In this document: in pieces, positions 9,122-21,961 of the stretch | Layout: the number at the start of each line of letters is the position of its first letter | Numbering within the stretch: position 1 is the stretch's first letter | Assembly (NCBI GenBank): GCA_913050325.1 | Contig: CAJWZP010000006.1 | Span: forward strand, 25,278-89,277 | Origin: an uncultured bacterium | GTDB taxonomy: Bacteria; Desulfobacterota_D; UBA1144 | Length of the DNA stretch: 64,000 nt | Reading direction: 5' to 3' | Position numbers and translations under genes: made by a program | The notes under the pieces: generated by a model | Databases searched by the model: none | What the model was told of the DNA's origin: nothing | The model's input: only the letters and a program-made list of their open reading frames with translations

Positions 9122-10503
9122 AAACTTGGCTTCACCATTGTTATTGGATTAAGTACCCTATCAGATTCTTCTTTTGATAATATTTTATCCTCGTTAACAA
9201 TTTCTCTGACAGTTTTTCCAGTTTCATGAGCCTTTTTTGCAACCATTGCAGCTTTGTTGTAGCCAATGATTGGAGCTAGGCTTGTACACATTGCTAAACT
9301 CTCCTCTATATATCCCTCACAAATTTTCTTATCCGCTTCTATACCTTTTATACAATCAGTAGCAAAAATTTCAGATGATGACGATAAAAGCTCTATTGAC
9401 TCCATTAAATTATGCAACATCACAGGCATCATAACATTTAGTTGAAAATTACCTGATTGCCCCGCAATGGTTATAGTTAAATCATTTCCTATAACATGTG
9501 CACAAACTTGAGTAAGAGATTCAGCAAGAACAGGATTTACTTTCCCTGGCATTATAGAGGATCCAGGTTGGATAGAAGGAATAATTATCTCTCCAAATCC
9601 ACATCTTGGACCACTACCGAGCCATCTTATATCATTTCCAATTTTCATTAAAGAAGTTGCATAAGTCTTTAAGGATCCACTAAGATTTACAATCCCATCT
9701 TTTGAAGATTGCGAATCAAAATGATTTTCAGCTTCGGTGAATTTAACTTTAGTGATTTTTGAGACCTCATTTGCAAACTTCTTTGCAAATTTTGGATGAC
9801 TGTTAATACCTGTTCCAACTGCTGTCCCGCCTTGAGCTAAAAATGTTAAGGCCTTATTTGATTCTTTAATAAATTGAATTGAATTTTGAACCATTTGTGA
9901 AAAACCACCAAACTCTTGTCCTAATGTTATTGGAGTAGCATCTTGCAAATGAGTTCTACCTATTTTATAAATATTTTTAAATTTTCTTTCTTTTTTATTT
10001 AATTCTTTATACAAAATCAACATTTTTGGAATTAAAAGATTAGTAACTAGTAAGTTGCATGAAATATGCATTGCTGTAGGTATTACATCATTACTAGATT
10101 GTCCTAAATTAACATGATCATTTGGGTGGATTAAGTACTTACCTTTATGGTATTTATTTGCTAATGTCGATATGACTTCATTAGCATTCATATTAGATGA
10201 TGTTCCGGAACCAGTCTGAAAAATATCTACAACAAATTGGTCATCATGCTTACCCTCTATTACTTCATCAGCTGCTTTCATTATCGACTTAGAAACAGAT
10301 TTAGAGATAAGACCTAACTGAGCATTTACTTTTGCAGATGCAAACTTAATAATTCCTAATGCAGATATGAATGGCCTTTTAAATCTTAAATTACTAATAG
10401 GAAAATTATCTATTGCTCTAGCAGTTTGAGCCGCATATAGTGCATCCTTAGGGACTTTCATTTGACCCATGGAATCAGATTCAATTCTAAATTTTTTAGA
10501 CAT
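9118..10503 (-). CDS. fumC: Class II fumarate hydratase
   Basis: QTGSGTSSNMNANE, HPNDHVN, GRTHLQDATP, GSSIMPGKVNP; AGGAG RBS. Confidence 0.97.
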   Translation of the reverse strand: MSKKFRIESDSMGQMKVPKDALYAAQTARAIDNFPISNLRFKRPFISALGIIKFASAKVNAQLGLISKSVSKSIMKAADEVIEGKHDDQFVVDIFQTGSGTSSNMNANEVISTLANKYHKGKYLIHPNDHVNLGQSSNDVIPTAMHISCNLLVTNLLIPKMLILYKELNKKERKFKNIYKIGRTHLQDATPITLGQEFGGFSQMVQNSIQFIKESNKALTFLAQGGTAVGTGINSHPKFAKKFANEVSKITKVKFTEAENHFDSQSSKDGIVNLSGSLKTYATSLMKIGNDIRWLGSGPRCGFGEIIIPSIQPGSSIMPGKVNPVLAESLTQVCAHVIGNDLTITIAGQSGNFQLNVMMPVMLHNLMESIELLSSSSEIFATDCIKGIEADKKICEGYIEESLAMCTSLAPIIGYNKAAMVAKKAHETGKTVREIVNEDKILSKEESDRVLNPITMVKPSL

Positions 10504-10597
10504 AATAACTCCTAGGTAATAAAATATAATTTTAACTTAATTAGGGACTTTTGATAATTTATTTTTTTTTATTAAAATATAATGTAGGAGATTTTTG

Positions 10598-10921
10598 ATG
10601 AGTAATGTTATTGAGAGTAATGATTCTAATTTTGAAAATGATGTTTTAAAATCTGATATTCCCGTATTAGTTGATTTTTGGGCACCTTGGTGTGGACCTT
10701 GTAAAGCAGTTGCGCCAGTTTTAGAAGAAATATCAATTGAATTAAAAGACAAAATTAAAATAATTAAAATCAATGTAGATGATAATCAGGAATATGCCGC
10801 AAAATATGGAATTCAAAGTATTCCAACCTTGTTAGTTTTTAATAAAGGTGAATTAAAAAACCAAATAATTGGTGCACTACCAAAGAATGAAATAGAAAAA
10901 TTTTTATTGGATGAAATATGA
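10598..10921 (+). CDS. trxA: Thioredoxin
   Basis: DFWAPWCGPCK and SIPTL; AGGAG RBS at 10586. Confidence 0.97.
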   Translation: MSNVIESNDSNFENDVLKSDIPVLVDFWAPWCGPCKAVAPVLEEISIELKDKIKIIKINVDDNQEYAAKYGIQSIPTLLVFNKGELKNQIIGALPKNEIEKFLLDEI

Positions 10922-11220
10922 TGGAAAAATTTATAATGCTAAGTAAGTTAACAGATGAAGGAAGAAAGACTGTTAAAATGAGACCTGAAAGAATAAAAGA
11001 AGTTAATGATGAAATTGAGAAAATGGGCGCAAAAGTTATCGAACAATATGCAGTTTTAGGAGAATTTGACTTTATAAATATATTAGAGGCGCCTGATAAT
11101 GAAACTATTTCAAGAGTATCAATAGAATTAGGTGCTCGAGGAACAATTCAATTAATAACTTTAGCTGCAATCAGTATCGAAGAACTTCAACAAACATTAA
11201 ATTCTAGTTCAATTTATTGA
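10921..11220 (+). CDS. GYD-domain protein
   Basis: LTDEG...P.R, YAVLGEFDF..ILEAPD pattern; overlaps the trxA stop. Confidence 0.8.
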   Translation: MEKFIMLSKLTDEGRKTVKMRPERIKEVNDEIEKMGAKVIEQYAVLGEFDFINILEAPDNETISRVSIELGARGTIQLITLAAISIEELQQTLNSSSIY

Positions 11221-12320
11221 TCAATAAATCCTTTTGCCCTATTAATCCAACTAAATTTTAAAGATTTTTTCTTTGCATTTTCAGATAATTTTTTTTGAAG
11301 TTTTTCATCATTAACTAAATTTGTAATTTTTTTTACATATTCTTCAAAATTACCTTCAGGAATTAGAATTGCATCTTGACCATCTTCTAGAATAGAGTTA
11401 ATAGAATCTATATTTGATGCTATTATAGGTTTTTCAGATGCTAAATGCTCAAATAGTTTAATCGGAGATGAAAAAGTAGCCGCATTAATACTTCCTTTTA
11501 TAGTAAAATTATTTTCATATGGAATAATTAAAAAATCTGATAATTTATAATACTTTACAATATCAGATTGAAGTATATGCCCTGTAAATAGGATGTTTTT
11601 ATTTTCCTCAGATAACAGGTTTCTGTAATTCTCTATATCGCTTTTCTCTCCACCAACTAACAGAAAAAACAAATTTTCAAAATGTTTTGATAATTTTATT
11701 ATCATTTCAATTCCACGGCCTTGATATAGATTTCCTATATATGAAACTATTTTTATATTTTTATTAATTTTGAGTTTTTTTCTTAATATGTCTAAATCAT
11801 ATGTTTTATCAAATTTTTTTAAATCAACACCATTTGGTAAAATTTTTGCTTTCTTAATATTATTAGCATTAATATGTCTATATGTTCCTGCAGAATTACA
11901 TATTATATTTTTAACATTACTACTTTTTATAAATCTTTTAATCGCAATTTTAGAAAAAAAATTTATCGGTGGATGATGAATATCAATAATAATATTTTTT
12001 AAAAAAAATGAACCTAAAAATGCAAAAGTTATATTTCTTGTAATAATGAGATTATATTTTTCTTTAATTGAGAATAGAGATATTATTCCATGTAAAAAAT
12101 GTCTAAGTGATCCGGCGCTAACACCAACAGAATTAATAATTTTAAAATTTTTATTAACTGAATAATACATGTAAAAATCGTTAATCTTATTTTTTTTAAT
12201 TGGAATCAATAAATCAACTTCATGTTTTAAATGGCCAAAAGCCTCAACCATTTTAGCAACATGTATGCTACTTGCGCCTGATCCAAACAATTCTGGACTA
12301 CCAACATATAATATTCTCAC
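11214..12320 (-). CDS. Glycosyltransferase family 4
   Basis: PNGVD, YIGNL, SPIKLFEHLASEKPII (E-x7-E region variant) and FSW; GTG start. Confidence 0.9.
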   Translation of the reverse strand: MRILYVGSPELFGSGASSIHVAKMVEAFGHLKHEVDLLIPIKKNKINDFYMYYSVNKNFKIINSVGVSAGSLRHFLHGIISLFSIKEKYNLIITRNITFAFLGSFFLKNIIIDIHHPPINFFSKIAIKRFIKSSNVKNIICNSAGTYRHINANNIKKAKILPNGVDLKKFDKTYDLDILRKKLKINKNIKIVSYIGNLYQGRGIEMIIKLSKHFENLFFLLVGGEKSDIENYRNLLSEENKNILFTGHILQSDIVKYYKLSDFLIIPYENNFTIKGSINAATFSSPIKLFEHLASEKPIIASNIDSINSILEDGQDAILIPEGNFEEYVKKITNLVNDEKLQKKLSENAKKKSLKFSWINRAKGFIDQ

Positions 12321-12383
12321 TCTAATATATTATTGATTAATTGATTAATAAACAATATTTAATTAAGATTTCACAATATAGTT

Positions 12384-13655
12384 ATGAAATTAATTAAGGG
12401 CTTTAAAGATATATATCCACTCTCAGATAAAGTTGTTGAAAATACATCTATTTTTAATTCTGTAAAAGAAATCATTACAGAGATTGCAAAAAGATATAAT
12501 TTTCAAGAAATAATAACTCCTGTTATAGAAAATAAAGATACTTTTACAACCGGTATTGGATCTGATACTGATATTGTATCGAAAGAGATGTATGATTTTT
12601 ATTTATTCAAAGAAGGGAAAGTTGATAAATCTTCTATATATTCATTGAGACCTGAAGGAACTGCCGCAGTAATTAGAAGCTATATAGAGCAGTCAATGGA
12701 TAAAAAAAGAAAAATTAATAAACTATATTATTTTGGCCCTATGTTTAGATATGAAAGATCACAAAAAGGAAGATATAGACAATTTAATCAAATGGGTATA
12801 GAGCTTATAGGTTCAGATAATATATATTATGAATATGAGATAATATCCTTAGCAATCGATATTCTAGAAAATTTAGAAATTAAAAACTTTGATTTAGAAA
12901 TTAATAGTATTGGAAATGAACAAAGTTTAAAAAAACTATCAAAAGAAGTTATTAAGTTTACTGAACAAAATAAATCAAAAATAAATTCTGATGACTTACA
13001 AATAGTTAAAAAAAATCCTTTAAGATTTTTAGATAAGGCAATAAATAAATATAATTTCAAAGATGTTCCCAGAGCAGAAGAATTCTTAGATAACAATTCC
13101 AAATCAAGATTTAAGGATTTAACAGATATTTTAGATGAAAATAAGATACTTTATAAAATTAACAATCAGTTGGTTAGAGGCATTGATTATTATAATGATT
13201 TAGTTTTTGAAATTAAATCATCTGAACTTGGATCTCAAGATACAATATTAGCAGGCGGTAGATACGATAATCTTGTAAAAAAATTTAATGGTTCTCAAAC
13301 ATCATGTGTTGGTTTTGCAGCCGGCGTTGAAAGACTTTTATTACTTTTATCTAATCAATTTATTCAAAAAATAGAAATTAGTACTGAATTTTATGTTATA
13401 TATCAAAATCAATCTTTTCAAAATTATGCAAATGAAGTTACTAAAATGCTCAGAAAACTTGGTAAAAATGTTGAAATGGATCAAGAATATAGAAGTTTTA
13501 CAAAGCAACTCAAACATGCAAATAAAATTAAATCTAAGAAAGTTGTGATTATTGGTGAAAAAGAATATAAAAATAAACAAATTTTGTTAAAAGATATGAT
13601 TACCGGTCAAGAAGAATTATTTGATATTGGTAAATTAAGTACTAAAATTACATAG
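12384..13655 (+). CDS. hisS: Histidine--tRNA ligase
   Basis: KEMY, LRPEGTA, FRYER..KGRYRQF, LVRGIDYY, GGRYD. Confidence 0.98.
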   Translation: MKLIKGFKDIYPLSDKVVENTSIFNSVKEIITEIAKRYNFQEIITPVIENKDTFTTGIGSDTDIVSKEMYDFYLFKEGKVDKSSIYSLRPEGTAAVIRSYIEQSMDKKRKINKLYYFGPMFRYERSQKGRYRQFNQMGIELIGSDNIYYEYEIISLAIDILENLEIKNFDLEINSIGNEQSLKKLSKEVIKFTEQNKSKINSDDLQIVKKNPLRFLDKAINKYNFKDVPRAEEFLDNNSKSRFKDLTDILDENKILYKINNQLVRGIDYYNDLVFEIKSSELGSQDTILAGGRYDNLVKKFNGSQTSCVGFAAGVERLLLLLSNQFIQKIEISTEFYVIYQNQSFQNYANEVTKMLRKLGKNVEMDQEYRSFTKQLKHANKIKSKKVVIIGEKEYKNKQILLKDMITGQEELFDIGKLSTKIT

Positions 13656-13665
13656 CTTATTTATT

Positions 13666-14877
13666 ATGAAAAAAAATAAAGTTTTTTATGGTTGGTTTAT
13701 TATTCTTGGAGCCTTCCTTTTAATTTTTCTAGATGGTCTGCTTTTGTACTCATTCGGTGTTCTTCTTCCATCAATAGAAATCAAATATGGCCTATCTAAT
13801 GCCTCTGTAGCTTCAATATTTAGCGTTAGATGTTTAGTATTTGCTTTTTCAATGATTATTTTTGGAAAATTAACTGATAAATATAAGCCACAAAAAGTTA
13901 TTTTCTTTGGTGGCTTAATTTCAGCATTGGGAATGTTTTTAACTGCATTCTCAACATCTAAAGCTGCTTTATTCTTTAATTATGGAATTTTAACTGGACT
14001 TGGTGATGGTGCTTTTTATGTTCCAGCAATTGTGATTGCTCAAAGATGGTTTAACAAAAGAAGAGATTTTGCTGTAGGTCTTGCAACCACAGGTGTACCT
14101 ATAAGTGGATTAATAGTTAATCCTCTATCAGCATATATACTAAAAGAATCTAATCTTGAATTTACATTAATTATTTTATCAGCAATTACCTTTGTGTTTC
14201 TCTTTGGCGCTTTTTTAATGAAAGAATCCCCTGAGGAAATGAATTTAGAACCATATGGAGGAAAATTTCCAAAAGAAGATGATGATTTAAAAAATAGCTG
14301 GTCTAGTACAGCTGCTGTGAAGACATTAGCCTTTAATCTCTTATATATCCAATTAGTTTTAGGGATGCTATCTTTTTTAATAGTTGTCACTTTTCAATAT
14401 GATTTAGCCTTAGAAAGAGGTTTTAACATCTTAACATCTTCCCTTGCTCCTGCATCAATTGCTGCAGGTAGTTTTTTTGGAAGAATTGTCACAGGATATT
14501 TAACGGATTATGTCGACAGGAATAAAATTTTATTTTTTGTATTCTTGGGTCAAGCATTATCAATATTTATTATATTAAACACCAACTCCATACTAGGATT
14601 TGTGCTTTTTGGAATTTCTTTCGGTTTTTGTTATGCTGGTTGGATTCCGATATTCCCTAGTAAATTAAAAGATTTTTTTGGAAAAGCTAATTCTGGGGTT
14701 ATTTATGGGATTTTTGGAACGGGGTTCTCTATATCAGCAATCTTTGGACCTCCACTTGGTGGATATTTGATCGATAATTTTGGAACATATGATTATGGTT
14801 TATATTTCTGTATTATAGTTTGCTTAATAGCAGCATCATTATCTTTAATAATTAAAAAGCCCATAAAAGCTAAATAG
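13666..14877 (+). CDS. MFS transporter (OFA/monocarboxylate-like)
   Basis: About 12 hydrophobic segments; GKLTDKY and GYLTDYVDR motif A; FYGW start. Confidence 0.88.
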   Translation: MKKNKVFYGWFIILGAFLLIFLDGLLLYSFGVLLPSIEIKYGLSNASVASIFSVRCLVFAFSMIIFGKLTDKYKPQKVIFFGGLISALGMFLTAFSTSKAALFFNYGILTGLGDGAFYVPAIVIAQRWFNKRRDFAVGLATTGVPISGLIVNPLSAYILKESNLEFTLIILSAITFVFLFGAFLMKESPEEMNLEPYGGKFPKEDDDLKNSWSSTAAVKTLAFNLLYIQLVLGMLSFLIVVTFQYDLALERGFNILTSSLAPASIAAGSFFGRIVTGYLTDYVDRNKILFFVFLGQALSIFIILNTNSILGFVLFGISFGFCYAGWIPIFPSKLKDFFGKANSGVIYGIFGTGFSISAIFGPPLGGYLIDNFGTYDYGLYFCIIVCLIAASLSLIIKKPIKAK

Positions 14878-14894
14878 TATATAATTAAATCTAT

Positions 14895-17563
<2,669 letters not shown>

Positions 17564-17601
17564 TTAATTGAATTCTAACATGTCATTAAATTAATTAAAT
17601 A

Positions 17602-18162
17602 CTAATCTTTCATTCTAGGCAATGTTATACCAGTTTGATTTTGATACTTACCTTTTTTGTCTGCATAAGTAACTTCACACTGCTCATCACCTTCAAAAAA
17701 TAAAACCTGAGCAATTCCTTCATTTGCATAAATTTTTGCAGGTAAAGGTGTAGTATTTGAGATTTCTAAAGTTACATGGCCTTCCCATTCAGGTTCAAAT
17801 GGAGTTACATTAACTATTATTCCACATCTCGCATATGTGGATTTACCTAAACATACAGTTATTACATTTTTTGGAATTTTAAAATATTCAACAGTTCTTG
17901 CTAATGCAAAAGAATTTGGTGGAATAATACACTCATCTGCTACTATTGTTACAAATGATTTTTCATTAAAACTTTTTGGATCTACAACAGTATTAAATAC
18001 ATCTGTAAAGACTTTAAATTCATCCGTCACCCTTATGTCATAACCATAAGATGAAACACCATATGAAATTGCCCCTTGAGTAGTTTGTTTATCAGTAAAG
18101 GGTTCGATCATTTTATGCTCCGTAGCCATTTTTTTAATCCATTTATCAGATTTTATTCCCAT
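17602..18162 (-). CDS. dcd: dCTP deaminase
   Basis: [33 protein letters not shown]. Confidence 0.97.
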   Translation of the reverse strand: MGIKSDKWIKKMATEHKMIEPFTDKQTTQGAISYGVSSYGYDIRVTDEFKVFTDVFNTVVDPKSFNEKSFVTIVADECIIPPNSFALARTVEYFKIPKNVITVCLGKSTYARCGIIVNVTPFEPEWEGHVTLEISNTTPLPAKIYANEGIAQVLFFEGDEQCEVTYADKKGKYQNQTGITLPRMKD

Positions 18163-18173
18163 CTTTCACCTCA

Positions 18174-19160
18174 CTAAAATTGCTTTAGAAACTTTAAATC
18201 ATTTTGATAAAAATATCTAATATCTGTAATACCTAATTTAATCATGGCTAACCTTTCGATTCCCATACCAAAAGCAAATCCAGTATATTTGCTTGTATCA
18301 TACTTTACAAATTCAAAAACTTTTGGATTTACAATTCCACAACCAAGAACTTCCATCCATTTAGTTTCATCTTTTTTATTTTTCCACTCTATATCGAGTT
18401 CTGCGCTTGGCTCTGTAAACGGAAAATAGCTTGGTCTAAATCTAGTTTTAATTTTTTTTCCAAAAAAATCATAACAAAAACGGTTCAATATGCTCTTTAA
18501 ATTAGCAAAGCTAACACCTTCATCAACCAATAATCCTTCAACCTGGTGAAACATCGGAGTATGTGTTATGTCGCTATCACATCTAAAAACTTTTCCAGGA
18601 GAAATTATTTTAATAGGCGGACTATTCTTTTCCATTATTCTTATCTGCATGGGCGATGTATGAGTACGGAGCAAGTTGTTATTCTCTAAATAAAAAGTAT
18701 CCTGCATATCCCTAGCTGGATGGTCCTTGGGAATATTTAATGATTCAAAATTATAATAATCATTTTCTACTTCTGGACCTTCAGTAATTTGAAAACCATA
18801 CCCCTCAAAAATATCAATTATTTCATCTAATATTTGAGAAATTGGATGAACTGAACCTAAACTGTTTAATTTTCCTGGAAGTGATACATCAATCTCTTGT
18901 TCTTTTAATTTTAAATTAATTTCTTCAGATTCAATCCTTTTAAGATTACTATCTATTAGATTTTCTACTTCTTTTTTAATCATATTTACTTCAGATCCAC
19001 GAATTTTTTTTTCTTCGACTGGTAAATTTTTTATCTCTTGCATTAGAATTGAGACTAAGCCTTTCTTGCCTATATATTTTGACTTAATGTTCATTAACTC
19101 ATTTTTATTTTTTATATCTTTTAAATCTTCCATTAAATTATTAATAATTTTATCTGCCAT
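18174..19160 (-). CDS. pheS: Phenylalanine--tRNA ligase alpha subunit
   Basis: HPARDMQDTFY, LRTHTS, FHQVEG, YFPFTEPS, GFAFGMGIERL. Confidence 0.98.
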   Translation of the reverse strand: MADKIINNLMEDLKDIKNKNELMNIKSKYIGKKGLVSILMQEIKNLPVEEKKIRGSEVNMIKKEVENLIDSNLKRIESEEINLKLKEQEIDVSLPGKLNSLGSVHPISQILDEIIDIFEGYGFQITEGPEVENDYYNFESLNIPKDHPARDMQDTFYLENNNLLRTHTSPMQIRIMEKNSPPIKIISPGKVFRCDSDITHTPMFHQVEGLLVDEGVSFANLKSILNRFCYDFFGKKIKTRFRPSYFPFTEPSAELDIEWKNKKDETKWMEVLGCGIVNPKVFEFVKYDTSKYTGFAFGMGIERLAMIKLGITDIRYFYQNDLKFLKQF

Positions 19161-19161
19161 T

Positions 19162-20037
19162 TTAACTTGTTCTCCATTTAGAAATTAAATACATCAAGAA
19201 AGGAGCAAAGAAAATTGATGAATAAGTACCCACTGCTACTCCTATAATCATAATTATTGAAAAGTCCTCGATAACAGGGCCACCAAAGAAATATAATGGT
19301 AGTAAAACTATCAGTACAGTTATGACAGTTAAAATGGTTCTCGAAAGAGTTTGGATTATACTAATATTTATAATTTTTTCGACCTTATCATCTAAAAGTA
19401 AGTTCATATTTTCTCTCACCCTATCAAATATGACTATAGTGTCATTGACTGAATAACCTATTACAGTCAACAATGCCGCAATAGTAGAGAGTGTAATCTC
19501 AATGTCCAAGAAAATTATAAAAAAGAGTGCAATTAAAAAATCATGAAAGAGTGCTGTTATAGCTGATATTGCAAAACTAAAATTAAACCTAAAAAAAACA
19601 TAAATTAATATTGCCAAGGATCCATACAACAATGCCATTAATCCATTGTTTACTAACTCTTGACCAACCTTGGGTCCTATATAATCAATTTGTTTTATTA
19701 AGGGTTCGTCATTTTTATAATCATCATATAGAACTTGATCAAGATATTTTTTAACGTCTTCATTAAATTCAATTCGTTTTTCATTCACAGGGAATTTAAT
19801 CAAATAATCTTTAGTGTCATATACTTGAACTGAGGCTGTTCCACCACTAATTGATTCTAATTTGAATCTAAGATTATCAATATTAATCTCTTTGTTAAAA
19901 CCCACTACAACTTCGGTTCCACCCGAAAATTCTAGACCATATTTTATGTCATTGTTTTTAACATAATACAATATCAGACCAACACATAAAATTGAGAAAA
20001 TAAATATAAACCTTGAAATTTTAAATATATTAATCAT
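19162..20037 (-). CDS. secF: Protein translocase subunit SecF
   Basis: GLEFSGG, IGPKVG, GYSVNDTIVIFDRVRE, GTYSSIF. Confidence 0.96.
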   Translation of the reverse strand: MINIFKISRFIFIFSILCVGLILYYVKNNDIKYGLEFSGGTEVVVGFNKEINIDNLRFKLESISGGTASVQVYDTKDYLIKFPVNEKRIEFNEDVKKYLDQVLYDDYKNDEPLIKQIDYIGPKVGQELVNNGLMALLYGSLAILIYVFFRFNFSFAISAITALFHDFLIALFFIIFLDIEITLSTIAALLTVIGYSVNDTIVIFDRVRENMNLLLDDKVEKIINISIIQTLSRTILTVITVLIVLLPLYFFGGPVIEDFSIIMIIGVAVGTYSSIFFAPFLMYLISKWRTS

Positions 20038-21595
20038 TAACTTCTTCTTTTATTAAAATTTTTGTTACAACACGCGTAAATATTACATTTGAAAAAATAG
20101 TAGAAAAAATTCCTATTGATAAAGTTAAAGCAAAGCCTTTTATAGGACCGTCACCTAGGAGAAATAAGCAAAAAGACGCAATCAATGTTGTTATGTTTGC
20201 ATCCAAGATTGTTGAAAGTGATTTTTCAAAACCAACTTCAATAGCTAATAATTTTTCTTTACCTTTTATAATTTCTTCACGAATTCTCTCATAAATTATT
20301 ATGTTTCCATCAACAGCCATTCCTAATGTTAATACAAGTCCAGCAATCCCAGGGAACGTAAGGGTGACTCCAAACAATGATAATAATCCAAAAATTGAAA
20401 AAATATTAAATATTAATGCGAGGTCACAAACTAATCCTAGTTTTTTATAATAAATAAACATAAAAATAAATATTAAAATTGATGCAACAATCATTGTCAT
20501 CTTGCCTCTATCAATTGAAGCTTGACCCAAAGAAGGTCCAATAGTTTTTTCTTGCATTATACTTATAGGTATTGGTAGTGAACCTGATTTTAAAATTATT
20601 GATAAGTCAGAAGCCTGTTCAAAAGTATAATTCCCTGTAATAGAACCTCTACCAAAAATTTGTTCTTGGACAACAGGAGCAGATTTAACTTTTCCATCCA
20701 ATACAATTGCAATTTTATTGCCAATATTATCACTTGTCATTTTTGAAAAAATTTCTGTACCTTTAGAGTCGAGTGAGAAAGCAATGTAAGGCCTATTTAA
20801 TTGATCGTATGCTACAAATGCATCACTTAGTGACGTTCCAAAAAGCTCAGTTGTTTTTTTTGTAACAAGATAATTTTTATTATCTTTTTCAACTTCATGT
20901 TCATATATCAAAAACTCATTATTTATTTTTTCATTTCCATATTTTGATAAAATCAATTGTTTTGTTTTGGATTCTTGTATTACAGGCTTAAATTCTAACA
21001 ATGCAGTTTTAGATATGATATCAATAATTCTAGATCTTTGAGATTCTCCAACACCAGGAATTTGAACAATTATTCTATCGTTTGATGCAATTTGTATAGA
21101 TGATTCTACAACACCAAATTGGTCGATTCTATTATTTAGTATATCTTTAACTTGCTTTAATAACATTTCCTTTTTTTCTAAGTACATACTTTCATCAATA
21201 TCTATAGATAATATTTTGTTCTCGTCTTCATTCGATGTAGTAAAATTTTTCGTAAGTAATTTATTGGCATCACTTAAGCTTTGGTTGTCAAAGAATTCTA
21301 TTTTTAATTCTAATTCTGAGACATAAGCATTCCTAATTAGTATATTTTTATTTATTAAGAGATCTTTCACTCTTTTAATCTCTTCATTTAATATTATGGG
21401 TTTTATTTTTTCTTCGTTAATGCCTAAAACGATAAAAATTCCACCTTTTAAATCTAAACCTAGATTAATTTTGTTTGCTGGGAATACATATCTCCACCAA
21501 TTTGGCAATTTATTGTTAAAGTTAGGATATGTGAAAATTAATGTTAAAAACAAAACTATCACACTTAAAATTGAAAAAAACCTAAATTTTGTCAT
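20030..21595 (-). CDS. secD: Protein translocase subunit SecD
   Basis: LGLDLKGG, RIDQFGV, IGPSLG, GMAVDGNIIIYERIREE. Confidence 0.97.
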   Translation of the reverse strand: MTKFRFFSILSVIVLFLTLIFTYPNFNNKLPNWWRYVFPANKINLGLDLKGGIFIVLGINEEKIKPIILNEEIKRVKDLLINKNILIRNAYVSELELKIEFFDNQSLSDANKLLTKNFTTSNEDENKILSIDIDESMYLEKKEMLLKQVKDILNNRIDQFGVVESSIQIASNDRIIVQIPGVGESQRSRIIDIISKTALLEFKPVIQESKTKQLILSKYGNEKINNEFLIYEHEVEKDNKNYLVTKKTTELFGTSLSDAFVAYDQLNRPYIAFSLDSKGTEIFSKMTSDNIGNKIAIVLDGKVKSAPVVQEQIFGRGSITGNYTFEQASDLSIILKSGSLPIPISIMQEKTIGPSLGQASIDRGKMTMIVASILIFIFMFIYYKKLGLVCDLALIFNIFSIFGLLSLFGVTLTFPGIAGLVLTLGMAVDGNIIIYERIREEIIKGKEKLLAIEVGFEKSLSTILDANITTLIASFCLFLLGDGPIKGFALTLSIGIFSTIFSNVIFTRVVTKILIKEEVND

Positions 21596-21961
21596 TTACT
21601 TTTTACTATCTTGAACCAATAATGAGTTTACAAAATCTCTTTTAATTTTTATTTGAACTCCTTTTGAAATTTCTAATAAAATTATATCATCATCTAAGAT
21701 ATCTAAAATTTTTCCAATTATCCCGCCATTAGTTAATACAGACTCGCCTTTTTTTAAATTTTTTAACATCTCACGTCTTTCACGTTGTTGTTTATTTTGA
21801 GGTCTAATAATTAAAAAATAAAAAAGTATTATTATTAAAATAAATGGTAAAAAAGGTCCCACTGAACCCATGAAAGATGTGTTCCCTCCTGGTGGTGGTG
21901 CACAAGATGTTAGCAAGATTGAGCTAATTAGTAAAAATGTTAATTTATTTATAATTTTCAT
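21596..21961 (-). CDS. yajC: Preprotein translocase subunit YajC
   Basis: FYFLIIRPQ and LKKG..VLTNGGIIG; tgt-yajC-secD-secF order. Confidence 0.95.
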   Translation of the reverse strand: MKIINKLTFLLISSILLTSCAPPPGGNTSFMGSVGPFLPFILIIILFYFLIIRPQNKQQRERREMLKNLKKGESVLTNGGIIGKILDILDDDIILLEISKGVQIKIKRDFVNSLLVQDSKK

